DNA of 63,488 bases from Syntrophomonadaceae bacterium (GTDB lineage Bacteria > Bacillota > Syntrophomonadia > Syntrophomonadales > Syntrophomonadaceae). Below the pieces are notes generated by a model that had not been told where the DNA came from, ran no database searches, and saw only the letters and a list, made by a program, of their open reading frames with translations. The stretch lies in contig DAIMDR010000001.1 of the NCBI GenBank assembly GCA_036725705.1, positions 1 through 63,488 of the forward strand. The letters run 5' to 3'. The translations under genes and the position numbers were made by a program. This document shows positions 37,347 through 46,687 of the stretch, piece by piece; position 1 is the first letter of the stretch; the number at the start of each line of letters is the position of its first letter.

Positions 37347-39509
37347 TCAGCGTAAAAGTCCATTTTTTATAAGCGCCAGCCTTATCATGAAATAATCAAT
37401 ATCTTCCGGTAATGCTTCCTTAACAGGTGCCAATCTTTCCGTTCCGGTTTCACCCACTGTCTGTAAAATCAGTTCCTCCTGGGGGTTAGAAATAAATTGT
37501 TCCCATTTCATCGCATAACCGGCCATAGCCGCCCGGACCAGATGACTTTGGATGGTATTCACGGTCAGGTCCCGTTCACGGGCAATTTCCTTAAGACTTT
37601 TACCTTCACTGTACATCTGCCAGCTAATCACATGGGTGGGTATTTTGGGATTGCGGGAAGGGATGCTTCTGCCTTTTTTACTGTTTACAGCGTTAGACGG
37701 CCTGGCTTCGGTTTTTCCCGGCAGGTCTTCAATATCATCATCGGGAATATAACGGCATATCACCTCGATAAACCGCTGTCCGTATTTTTTCAGCTTTAAT
37801 TCACCAACCCCGGTAATTTGCAAAAGGGCTTCCGGATTCCGCGGCATAAAGGACGCCATTTCCCGCAGCGTACTGTCAGCAAAAACCACATAAGGAGGTA
37901 CTTGCTCCTGTTGAGCTATAGTATAGCGCAGAGCCCGTAAAGCCTCAAACACATCGTTATCAGTATCAATGTCAATGGCAGGCTTCGGTATCATCCTGAT
38001 CATCAGTTTCTCCTGGCCGCGCAAAACAGGATTCGCAGCCGGCGTCAACATAACTACCGGGTATTTTCCGCCGCTGCTGCTCAAATATCCTTCCGCTATC
38101 AGCAAATTTATGAATTCAACTATCTGCCGGGTCTGCCAATCACTCATAATACCATAAGTGGATAGCCGGTCGAAACCTGATTGCAAAACCCGCTTTTGTT
38201 TTGAACCTGCCAATACTGCAGCCACCAGTGATATACCATATTGTTGCCGCATGCGGTAAACGCAGGATAAAACCTTCTGTGCCTCCACAGTCATATCGCG
38301 TAATTCGTACTCAAGGCAATTGGTACAGTTGGTACAGTTATCAGTCAGCGGAGTTTCTCCGAAATAATTGAGAATATATGTGCGCAAACAGGCAGAAGTA
38401 TGGCAATAATCAATCATACTCTGCAGCTTGCCATATTCTATCCCTTTACGCTCCGGTGACAGAACACTTTGCTCAATTAAATATTTCTGAACCTGGATAT
38501 CAGCAGGCTGGTAAAGCAGAATGCAGTCAGCCGCCTCTCCATCACGCCCGGCCCGGCCAGCCTCCTGATAATATGCTTCCAAATGACGGGGCATATTGTG
38601 ATGGATGACAAAACGGGCATTGGACTTGTCTATCCCCAGACCAAAAGCATTGGTAGCCACAATAGCCTGGACCCGATCATGGATAAAATCTTCCTGAGCA
38701 GTGTTTCTTTCCCCATTGCTCATTCCGGCATGATATTTGCTAACCGATAAACCCCGGGCGCTTAGTTCCTGGTACAGACTGTCTGCTTCCTTGCGGGTGG
38801 CTGCATAAATAATGCCTGCCTGTCCCGGGTGCGACTGCAGGTATTCCCTGATAAACCGACTGCGGCCCCCGCTTTTTTCAACCGAAAATCGCAAATTGGG
38901 ACGATCAAAACTATTTATATATATACGGGGTTGCTGCAATCCCAAACCATTAATAATATCTTCCCGTACGCGGGTAGTTGCCGTCGCTGTAAATGCCGCC
39001 AATAAAGGCCGCTGTTTCAGGGAGGCTACCCACGAGCCTATACTCAAAAAACTGGGGCGGAAATCATGCCCCCACTGAGACACACAATGCGCCTCATCTA
39101 TAGCTATGAGAGACAGCGGCAGCTCCCGCATTATATTGTCAAATTGCTCAGATTGCAGACGTTCCGGGGCCACATAAAGCAGGCGATATTTACCCCGGCA
39201 AGCTTGATAAAGACGCTCCTTAACCTGGGCAGCATTTAGTGAGCTATTTATGTAAGATGATGAAATACCTTGCATGCCAAGGGAATCAACCTGATCTTTC
39301 ATCAAAGCTATAAGTGGCGATATTACCAGAGTTACTCCCGGCAACATTAAGGCAGGCAGTTGATAACATAATGATTTTCCGCCTCCAGTAGGCAAAATTG
39401 CCACCGTATCATGTTTGCTGAGAATGCTGTCAACTATCTCCTGTTGGCCCGGTTTAAACTCCGTAAAACCAAAAAATTTTTTCATTGTCTGGTTAACAGT
39501 CATTGGCAT
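37347..39509 (-). CDS. recQ: RecQ-family DNA helicase with HRDC and an extra C-terminal HTH-like region
   Basis: FGFTEFKPGQQEIV, PTGGGKSLCYQLPA, DEAHCVSQWGHDFRP, an RQC zinc motif and an HRDC region (ALRALRYTIAQQEQVPPYVVF) are present. An additional tail of about 100 aa contains KSLKEIARERDLTVNTIQSHL. Confidence 0.9.
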   Translation of the reverse strand: MPMTVNQTMKKFFGFTEFKPGQQEIVDSILSKHDTVAILPTGGGKSLCYQLPALMLPGVTLVISPLIALMKDQVDSLGMQGISSSYINSSLNAAQVKERLYQACRGKYRLLYVAPERLQSEQFDNIMRELPLSLIAIDEAHCVSQWGHDFRPSFLSIGSWVASLKQRPLLAAFTATATTRVREDIINGLGLQQPRIYINSFDRPNLRFSVEKSGGRSRFIREYLQSHPGQAGIIYAATRKEADSLYQELSARGLSVSKYHAGMSNGERNTAQEDFIHDRVQAIVATNAFGLGIDKSNARFVIHHNMPRHLEAYYQEAGRAGRDGEAADCILLYQPADIQVQKYLIEQSVLSPERKGIEYGKLQSMIDYCHTSACLRTYILNYFGETPLTDNCTNCTNCLEYELRDMTVEAQKVLSCVYRMRQQYGISLVAAVLAGSKQKRVLQSGFDRLSTYGIMSDWQTRQIVEFINLLIAEGYLSSSGGKYPVVMLTPAANPVLRGQEKLMIRMIPKPAIDIDTDNDVFEALRALRYTIAQQEQVPPYVVFADSTLREMASFMPRNPEALLQITGVGELKLKKYGQRFIEVICRYIPDDDIEDLPGKTEARPSNAVNSKKGRSIPSRNPKIPTHVISWQMYSEGKSLKEIARERDLTVNTIQSHLVRAAMAGYAMKWEQFISNPQEELILQTVGETGTERLAPVKEALPEDIDYFMIRLALIKNGLLR

Positions 39510-39571
39510 TTGCGCCTCCCATAGTTTTAACCGGGGAATATGAGTCTTAATAACAATGTCTTAGCAGGTTT

Positions 39572-40921
39572 TCACTGTACATCATTCCTGCTCCGATTGG
39601 AGGGCTGTGGTTCGAGGTAAACCACGGCAGTTTCCAGACGGTGATTCCTTATATCAGTAACCTTGATATTCATCCCGTATTCTTCCAACTCAGGTGTGCT
39701 GCCATCATCCGGCACCGTACCTAACAATCCAAATATCAAACCGCCAAAAGTATCATATTCATCTTCCGGCAATACAATGCCCAACTGTACTGAAACCATA
39801 TCTAAAGGAGCTGAGCCCTGTATTTTCCAGGTTTGCGAATCAATTCGCTCCATCATTGGAGGTTCCTCAGGGATTGAATCATCATCATCCAGTTCTCCCA
39901 CAATCTCTTCCAGTAAATCATTCATCGTAATAATGCCATTCATACCGCCATATTCGTCCAGTACAATTGCAAAATGATTACGGCTATCCTTCATATTACG
40001 AAACAATACATCGGCCCTGACGGTTTCCGGAACAAACCAGGCGGGTTTGACAGCAGTTTCCAAAACTTTTTCCCGGGTTCGTTCTTTAATACGAAAATAC
40101 TCTTTGGCCTTTAAAACTCCGATAATATTATCGGTACTGCCATCACATACCGGATAAATTGAATGTTTGCTTTCCGTTATGGTCAACTCCCATTGTTCGT
40201 CACTTTCATCCATCCACAGAACAGAAACTTCCGTCCTGTGAGTCATAATATCTTCCGCATTTTTATCGTTAAACTCAAATATATTCTGGATCATATCCTT
40301 TTCGTTATGACTGATAGCACCTTTTTCACTGCCGGCATCAACCATCATACGAATTTCTTCTTCGGTAATTACTTCATCATCAGCATGCGGGTCCATACCC
40401 AACAGCCTAAGTATACTATTGGTTGAAACGGTCAACAGCCAGACAACCGGTGCAAACAGTCTGGCAATAAAATAAATCAGGCCAGACATGGCCAGGGCCA
40501 GCTGTTCCGCCTTTCTCATGGCTATGCGTTTGGGAACCAGTTCCCCTAATACCAAAGTAAAATAGGATAAAATCAAAGTTATCGTAACCACTGCTATGGT
40601 ATCAAGTTTAGCAGGTGAGACGGTTACTCCCAATCCAACCAGCCAATCTACCATCATTCCGGAAAAATTATTGGCGGCAAAAGCGCTGGCCAGAAATCCG
40701 GCCAGGGTAATACCAACCTGAATAGTAGATAGAAAACGGGCCGGCTGGGCGGTTAGCTCCGAAAGCCGCATGGCCCGTTTATCACCCATAGCTGTAAGTT
40801 TAGCCAGTTTGTTGTCATTCATTGAGATAACTGCAATTTCAGCGCCGGCAAATAGAGCATTAATAAGAATCAAAATAAATTGTAAAATCAATGGCCATAA
40901 TATTGGATCCGGGTCAGGCAA
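39572..40921 (-). CDS. CNNM/HlyC-CorC family transporter (DUF21-CBS pair-CorC_HlyC)
   Basis: 449 aa with an N-terminal 4-TM DUF21, tandem CBS domains and a C-terminal CorC_HlyC domain. A TTG start follows the RBS AGGAGG. Confidence 0.85.
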   Translation of the reverse strand: MPDPDPILWPLILQFILILINALFAGAEIAVISMNDNKLAKLTAMGDKRAMRLSELTAQPARFLSTIQVGITLAGFLASAFAANNFSGMMVDWLVGLGVTVSPAKLDTIAVVTITLILSYFTLVLGELVPKRIAMRKAEQLALAMSGLIYFIARLFAPVVWLLTVSTNSILRLLGMDPHADDEVITEEEIRMMVDAGSEKGAISHNEKDMIQNIFEFNDKNAEDIMTHRTEVSVLWMDESDEQWELTITESKHSIYPVCDGSTDNIIGVLKAKEYFRIKERTREKVLETAVKPAWFVPETVRADVLFRNMKDSRNHFAIVLDEYGGMNGIITMNDLLEEIVGELDDDDSIPEEPPMMERIDSQTWKIQGSAPLDMVSVQLGIVLPEDEYDTFGGLIFGLLGTVPDDGSTPELEEYGMNIKVTDIRNHRLETAVVYLEPQPSNRSRNDVQ

Positions 40922-41291
40922 AATATAACCTCCTAAAATTCCAATGATAATGTATTTAACAAGCTTAAATTTAAATATTTAATATCTTAAAAAGAACATC
41001 GGCCGCCAATCCTTCCCCCTATTATATATAAATAGAGGTTAAAAAAAGCGCCATTTAAACAAAAACAGATACGAATACCTGCTCCTGATTAGATGTCACT
41101 TGTTTTAAAGACACAACAAATTTTATAGCCCTTCGTTCCGGCAAATCATCCAATTAAAGATACCACCCCTTAGTAAATTGAGCAAAATTTTACCATAAAT
41201 ATTTCATTAAGTCAATCATTGAAGCGGCAGTTATATTAAGGCAACACTCCGTCATTTTGTAAATACTAATCAACCTGATTAACCTGCAAAA

Positions 41292-42173
41292 TCAGTTATT
41301 TATCTTTAATATTACATCCTCTTCATAATCATCGTCATCGTCGTCATCGTCGTCATCATCGTCATAACTATCTTCATTATCTTTATCATATTTGTTTTTA
41401 TAACTATTATAATTTCGTCTGGATTCCAGTGGCAGAAGCTGCTTATCTTTGGTTATAATATCATGCTTTTTATCAATTTTTATTATTAGCTGTTCCTGTT
41501 CATTGTGTAAACTTTTGTTGTTTTTGCCAATATCCAAATTATCCCTGTCCAAGTCGCCATCTTCCCATATTTCATGAATATCTATATCTTCACCTCTATA
41601 ATCAGGTTCATCTTCATGAAAGTCATAATCGGTGTGTTCTTTGCTGTTTACTTTTTTTCTGGCCTTCTCAGCCTGTTTTAACCCCTGATCAATCTTCTTT
41701 AGCATTTTCTCTTCCAGTTTGGTCTCTTTTCTATCGGGCCCGATAACTGATATTTCCGGTTTATTCACCGATAGCCGGTTATCCTGCTCATCCTTTAAAG
41801 TATGGGTATATATTTTTTCCACCGCAACTTCCAGGGTATCATTTTTAACTTCAACCATATTTAATATCTGCTGACCAGCTTCATTATTTGCCTGGACTGA
41901 AACTACTCTTCCCCAGCGGTTTACCCCCAGTTCTGCCAGGGATGAAACCTGAGCATAGGTTTTGACGGAATAATAATCCAGAGTGGTCAGGCTCAATGCC
42001 AGTAAAATGACAGCTGCAGCTATATAGCTCAATGGCAAACGGAATTTTTCCTGATATTGTTCTCCAACTTCCAGAAAATCGTTAGTCGTTATCTTTTGAT
42101 ATTCTCCATTATCCATGAGAATTATGGCCCAGCCTTTACCAGTCTCCATTACTATGCCTTTTCTGTTTGCCAT
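41292..42173 (-). CDS. rsgI: Anti-sigma-I factor RsgI-like protein with a highly charged extracytoplasmic region ending in a 12-Asp run
   Basis: The N-terminus MANRKGIVMETGKGWAIILMDNGEYQKI is an RsgI_N-type domain. There is a single TM helix (LSYIAAAVILLALSLTTL). The C-terminus is ...SYDDDDDDDDDDDDYEEDVILKINN. It overlaps sigI by 22 nt. Confidence 0.75.
   Translation of the reverse strand: MANRKGIVMETGKGWAIILMDNGEYQKITTNDFLEVGEQYQEKFRLPLSYIAAAVILLALSLTTLDYYSVKTYAQVSSLAELGVNRWGRVVSVQANNEAGQQILNMVEVKNDTLEVAVEKIYTHTLKDEQDNRLSVNKPEISVIGPDRKETKLEEKMLKKIDQGLKQAEKARKKVNSKEHTDYDFHEDEPDYRGEDIDIHEIWEDGDLDRDNLDIGKNNKSLHNEQEQLIIKIDKKHDIITKDKQLLPLESRRNYNSYKNKYDKDNEDSYDDDDDDDDDDDDYEEDVILKINN
41328..41363 (-). 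repeat. GAT/GAC codon homopolymer encoding 12 consecutive Asp
   Basis: The plus strand reads ATCATCGTCATCGTCGTCATCGTCGTCATCATCGTC. Confidence 0.95.
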
Positions 42174-42898
42174 TTTTGTTCCCCCCTGGCTTCCGGTAAA
42201 ATAAAGCTTCTTAAATAAGGAAAATCGTTTAATTGAATAATTACAGCAGTTATTATGTATTTTCGGTAGCGGTCAGCTAATTTACGGTTTACCTGCCAGG
42301 TCTCTTCCATATCCTTCATAGGCAGCATCTTTTTCTCCATTAAATAACTGCTGAGTTCATCATCGGCAACAATTATATCTATAATACGGTTAACATTTTG
42401 CCTGCTCCTGGTCTGGCGGGGTGAAACCTGGACAAGTTCTTCAAAACCTATATTAAATTCACCAAGTATGGATTTCAATTTTTCAATTTCCTGGCTTCTG
42501 GCCAAATCATCTAAAATCTCCTCAAAAAAGCACTCTTCAACGTCCCCGGTAAGACTGCTCCCATTCCTGGTTAGAAATGTAACGGGCAGCAAGCTGTGTT
42601 TTTTCTCTTTACGTTTATAATCAATTATGCGGGTTCTGATCGTCTGCCCAAGAAATACCAGTCCTGAGCCTTTATCCGGGTCATATTTTTCCAGAGTTTC
42701 TATAATGGCCAGGCGTGCAATACTGGCCTCTTCATCATGATCAGATATATATCGTCCGCAGGTTTTGGAAGACACCCGCAGGCAAAACGGCATTAAGTGT
42801 TCATAGATATTATCCAGGGCTTCTTTATCCCCGTTGTGATAATCTTTCCAGACCTGGTCCAACATACTGCTGAGGCTGGTCTGTTCAGGAGAATACAT
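42152..42898 (-). CDS. sigI: RNA polymerase sigma factor SigI family
   Basis: 248 aa with sigma-70 region 2-like and C-terminal SigI-type regions. It is immediately followed by, and overlaps, the rsgI-like gene. The RBS is GGGAGG. Confidence 0.75.
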   Translation of the reverse strand: MYSPEQTSLSSMLDQVWKDYHNGDKEALDNIYEHLMPFCLRVSSKTCGRYISDHDEEASIARLAIIETLEKYDPDKGSGLVFLGQTIRTRIIDYKRKEKKHSLLPVTFLTRNGSSLTGDVEECFFEEILDDLARSQEIEKLKSILGEFNIGFEELVQVSPRQTRSRQNVNRIIDIIVADDELSSYLMEKKMLPMKDMEETWQVNRKLADRYRKYIITAVIIQLNDFPYLRSFILPEARGEQKWQTEKA

Positions 42899-43056
42899 CT
42901 GCTAACCTCCCGGGAAAAATGTATTTTATCTGCTCCGATTTTAGCACATGATTTCAAATAGCTCCCCGGTAAGATTTATAACCGGTGGAGAACCTTACAG
43001 CCCCCACCGGCAAACTATATTAACTGATCGGGGTTCAGGAAGCATAATCTTAAAGC

Positions 43057-44265
43057 TTAGTCATCTTCATCATCGTCATCATCATCATCGTCATCGTCGT
43101 CGTCGTCATCATCATCGTCATCGTCGTCGTCGTCGTCATCATCGTCGTCGTCATCATCGTCATCTTCATCTTCATTATCTTCAGTTAAGGCAGCATCTGC
43201 TGAAACTTTGACCAGAACGGCGTCCCCATTTTCATCCAGTAATACTTTTACCTGTTGGGAACTCTCTATAGTTATATTAGTATCCAGCATTTTCCCCTGG
43301 TAAATCAGCTTCGTATTTGAGTTGGTTGTTAGTTCTACTGTTTCACCCTTTTTAGTTTCAACAGTAAGTTTATAACCACCTTCGGTTACCACAACCGATT
43401 TAATGGTGCCTTTAATGGTTGAGTTTTCGAAACCTTTTATTTGAGTATCATCCAATTTGTTAAGCATGGAGACCATTTCACTTCTCTTGACCGCCTTCAT
43501 AGGTTGAAATGAACCATCAGGATAACCCTTGATTATGCCATTCATATACATCTGGCGAACCTGTTTGGCTGAATGGGCAGGAATCTGCTCCTCATCAGTA
43601 AATATTTTGGTTTCAGTTGATTTGTTACTATTGTCACTCTCAACTATCCTGCTCATATACAGACATACTTCATAACGTTTGGCGGCTTGCTGAGGATTGA
43701 AACTTGCCAGTTCCTCTGTTGTTATAATCCCTTTGTCCAGGGCTACAGCGATATAATTTTTACCCCAATCAGGGATCTTGTCCAGCAATACTTTTTGCTC
43801 ATCAGACAAAGTATAGTTGGCAACTTCATCCTTTAATCCCTGGGCATTAATAATCATTACCAGGGTTTCCAGCCTGCTTACTGAAGAGTTGGGTCTGAAG
43901 GTAGCATCTTCGTAACCCTTTACGAACCCTTTGGCAATAGCCTCCAGGACTTCTTCCAGGGACCAGTCATTTTGCACATCAGTAAACTCCTGGTTAATTT
44001 CGAGAACAAAACGCATGGCCTTGGGATTATTCTGTTTTTGGTTCTGTTTCTGATTCTTCTCTACCTGGACAGCATGTTTTTGCTTTTGTACTATCTTTTT
44101 GTCGCTTATATCCAGCAATAATGACCCTTCTGTAGTTAAAGAAACATTACTGCGATATTGGGAGCCTTCCCCATTATCAGATGGCCCACTTTTAGCTAAA
44201 GCAACATTGCCGGCTATTCCAACCAGACATAAAGATAGTACCAGGGCAATAAATTGTTTTTTCAT
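43057..44265 (-). CDS. SLH-domain cell-wall-anchored protein with a C-terminal poly-Asp tail
   Basis: The ATG at 44265 follows AAAGGAGG. The signal peptide is MKKQFIALVLSLCLVGIAGNVALA. Three SLH units are present (FTDVQNDWSLEEVLEAIAKGFVKGY...). The C-terminal 45 residues are almost entirely D with a few E. Confidence 0.85.
   Translation of the reverse strand: MKKQFIALVLSLCLVGIAGNVALAKSGPSDNGEGSQYRSNVSLTTEGSLLLDISDKKIVQKQKHAVQVEKNQKQNQKQNNPKAMRFVLEINQEFTDVQNDWSLEEVLEAIAKGFVKGYEDATFRPNSSVSRLETLVMIINAQGLKDEVANYTLSDEQKVLLDKIPDWGKNYIAVALDKGIITTEELASFNPQQAAKRYEVCLYMSRIVESDNSNKSTETKIFTDEEQIPAHSAKQVRQMYMNGIIKGYPDGSFQPMKAVKRSEMVSMLNKLDDTQIKGFENSTIKGTIKSVVVTEGGYKLTVETKKGETVELTTNSNTKLIYQGKMLDTNITIESSQQVKVLLDENGDAVLVKVSADAALTEDNEDEDDDDDDDDDDDDDDDDDDDDDDDDDDDDDDDDEDD
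43060..43182 (-). repeat. About 120 nt of GAT/GAC(/GAA) codon repeats encoding the poly-Asp tail
   Basis: The plus strand is a run of ATC/GTC triplets (GTCATCTTCATCATCGTCATCATCATCATCGTC...). Confidence 0.95.
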
Positions 44266-44349
44266 TTTCCAACCTCCTTTTACATATATGCGAAACACAG
44301 CACTGCAAAAATGGGGTCAGAATAAAAAAAGGGGTTGACATGTCAACCC

Positions 44350-45117
44350 TTATTCGATTGGTTCCTCGATTTTCAGGGCTTTTATTGCCAGCCACATATA
44401 TATAATAAAGGTGCCGTAATAAATCAAACCGCTAAAGGGCATGCCCGGGTAGACCAGAGATTTGCAGGCCTGAAATATTATCGGAGTAGTCAGGGCATGA
44501 GCACTTAAACGCAGTGCCTGTTCATAAGTCAAATTGTACCTCTGCATACTGCCCAGCAACAAACCCAATAAACCCAGGATTACTGTTGCCAGTAGTTTGC
44601 TCAGTATCATGGTAATCAGTCCCCCGAAAAGCAGGACGATCCAGAAACCCTTTAACCAGGGTATCCATTGCATAACCTCTTCTTTGTCAAAACTAAACTC
44701 CTTTAACTGGTCATAATTTAGAGTTTCAGTTTTGTAAGCATTTTCTTTACTGACTACTTCATGACGGCCAACAAAAAAACCGGATTCATACTCCTGAAGA
44801 ATAGTTGCAGCAGTGTTTCCGGTAGTATCAATAATAATGACCTGTTCAGCTCCACCATCAATTATAATCGGCATATCAGCAAATACTTCCAGTTCGCCAT
44901 TAGCAAATTGAAAGTCGGGTACTTCCTTTTCGGCAGCAACTATCAGGCTGTCAATCCCCTGATTATAGGAATATGACATTTTCAGCAATACCGGTGTGCC
45001 AAATAATAGTACCAGCAAGATCAGATAAAGCATACACTTCCCGGTAGTCTTCCGAATCAATTCCGGATAAGCACCCGGGTCGGAAATACTGGCCCATACA
45101 CTGACGAAAAAACCCAT
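44350..45117 (-). CDS. Polytopic membrane protein, DUF1189-like
   Basis: 255 aa with an N-terminal TM helix, a soluble loop and three or four C-terminal TM helices. The family assignment is from memory of the overall pattern only. Confidence 0.45.
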   Translation of the reverse strand: MGFFVSVWASISDPGAYPELIRKTTGKCMLYLILLVLLFGTPVLLKMSYSYNQGIDSLIVAAEKEVPDFQFANGELEVFADMPIIIDGGAEQVIIIDTTGNTAATILQEYESGFFVGRHEVVSKENAYKTETLNYDQLKEFSFDKEEVMQWIPWLKGFWIVLLFGGLITMILSKLLATVILGLLGLLLGSMQRYNLTYEQALRLSAHALTTPIIFQACKSLVYPGMPFSGLIYYGTFIIYMWLAIKALKIEEPIE

Positions 45118-45167
45118 CTGTTATCCTCTCCTCATAAAATTAATAGCAGGCTTATCTCAACTTAATC

Positions 45168-45425
45168 TCATCTTTTCTCCATAAACCAGCGGTCTTCCTC
45201 CAAAAATAAATAAACTTCCCGATTTTCTACCCTGCAGGTATAACGAATGCCGGCCCCACCTGCTTTTAGACTGGCTGCCCGCCGAATATCGGTTACTTTG
45301 TTTATTTCGTACTCCTGACCGTCCTCCCAGATAAACGAAACTGGTTTAAATCCGCCATCGGGATAGAAAACGGCTTTTACACTTACATATACTTTATGAG
45401 GATGGTGATAATTTATTTCCTCCAT
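45168..45425 (-). CDS. Small conserved-looking hypothetical protein translationally coupled to dinB
   Basis: 85 aa. Its ATG overlaps the dinB TAA by one nucleotide (TAATG). I do not recognise any domain. Confidence 0.55.
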   Translation of the reverse strand: MEEINYHHPHKVYVSVKAVFYPDGGFKPVSFIWEDGQEYEINKVTDIRRAASLKAGGAGIRYTCRVENREVYLFLEEDRWFMEKR

Positions 45426-46687
45426 TATGGTAATCTTCCTTCCTTAAAAAATGCTACCGGGTGGATAATATGGTCTTCTTTGGGGTTTATGGTCCTCAGG
45501 TCGTTATCATTTAATAAAACTGCCCGTTGGATGGAGAAATGGCCAAAACGGTTACGCAATACATCAACTGTAGCCTCAATTTTATCCTGTTTTATTCGTC
45601 GGGCCTCATCTTCAAACAGTGAAAGCTGCTCATGACTGTCGGCAGAGACCAGATCACATCCCCGTACTCCCACGCTGCGGATAGGGTTTGACCAGGAATA
45701 ATTATCCCGAAAAAGCTCCATGGCTTTTTCAGCCAGGTCAGTAGAGACATAAGCAGGCCTTAAAAATTTACCCTGGGCAACAAAACTGAACAGGTCTTTA
45801 TCCCGAATCTGAATCTGTACGGTACGACATTTAAATCCATGTTCACGCATACGAGCAGCGACGCTTTCGCTCAGAACATAAAATATCATTTGTACATCTT
45901 CATCGGTTTCCAGGTCACGTGGGGCGGTAATACTGTTTCCCACACTTTTTATCAGGGATTCCTCTCCCTGATGTACTACTGCTGAGCTGTCATGGCCATT
46001 GGCAAAAGACCATAATACCTCACCCCATTTCCCCAGAAATGAACGCAGATACCCGGGATCAGTACCGGCAATATCCCCAATGGTGCTGATCCCGCGGCGA
46101 GCCAGTTTATGTCCGGTAGCCCGGCCTACATAAAGCAAATCCCCGGCCGGCAGGGGCCATACCACCTGTTTAAAATTATCGCGGCTAATAACCGTAGTAG
46201 CATCAGGTTTTTTCATATCACTGCCCAGTTTGGCAAATATCTTGTTGTAACTAACCCCTACCGATGCAGTTATGCCCAGTTCAGATTTGATTCGTTCTCT
46301 GATTTGGTTGGCTATACGGATACCGTCACCAAAAATATGAGTGCTTCCGGATACATCCAGCCAGGCTTCGTCCAAACCAAACGGTTCTACCTGATCAGTA
46401 TAGCTGCTGTAAATACTGCGGGCCATACGACCAAAACGCAGATAAAGGCTATAATTGGGGGGGACCACCACCAGTTGCGGACATTTTTGCCGGGCCTGCC
46501 AGATTACCTCACCAGTTTTAATGCCGGTGGCTTTGGCCGGATAATTCTTAGCCAGTACAATACCATGCCGGGCTGCCGGATCACCGCAGACTGCTACCGG
46601 TTTATCGCGTATTTCCGGCCGATGGAGGCATTCAACCGAAGCATAAAAATTATTAAGGTCAGCATGCAGTATAACTCTATCCCCCAT
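45425..46687 (-). CDS. dinB: Y-family DNA polymerase IV
   Basis: N-terminus ILHADLNNFYASVECLHRPEIRDKPVAV, SLDEAWLDVSG-type catalytic acid residues (GLDEAWLDVSG) and a little-finger domain. 420 aa. Confidence 0.9.
   Translation of the reverse strand: MGDRVILHADLNNFYASVECLHRPEIRDKPVAVCGDPAARHGIVLAKNYPAKATGIKTGEVIWQARQKCPQLVVVPPNYSLYLRFGRMARSIYSSYTDQVEPFGLDEAWLDVSGSTHIFGDGIRIANQIRERIKSELGITASVGVSYNKIFAKLGSDMKKPDATTVISRDNFKQVVWPLPAGDLLYVGRATGHKLARRGISTIGDIAGTDPGYLRSFLGKWGEVLWSFANGHDSSAVVHQGEESLIKSVGNSITAPRDLETDEDVQMIFYVLSESVAARMREHGFKCRTVQIQIRDKDLFSFVAQGKFLRPAYVSTDLAEKAMELFRDNYSWSNPIRSVGVRGCDLVSADSHEQLSLFEDEARRIKQDKIEATVDVLRNRFGHFSIQRAVLLNDNDLRTINPKEDHIIHPVAFFKEGRLP

Noticed and set aside
32376-39509. 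SbcC/SbcD/RecQ as a novel SMC- or helicase-based anti-phage defence system.
   Set aside because: All three proteins carry the canonical housekeeping motifs and lengths. No mobile-element genes, integrases or other defence genes are adjacent. The simpler reading is a DNA-repair operon, which is reported as a low-interest synteny observation instead.
42948-43211. Plus-strand 87-aa ORF encoding a His/Arg-rich peptide (HHRHHHHRHRRRRHHH...).
   Set aside because: It is the antisense reading of the GAT/GAC poly-Asp tract of the well-supported SLH gene on the minus strand. It has no RBS and is pure low complexity.
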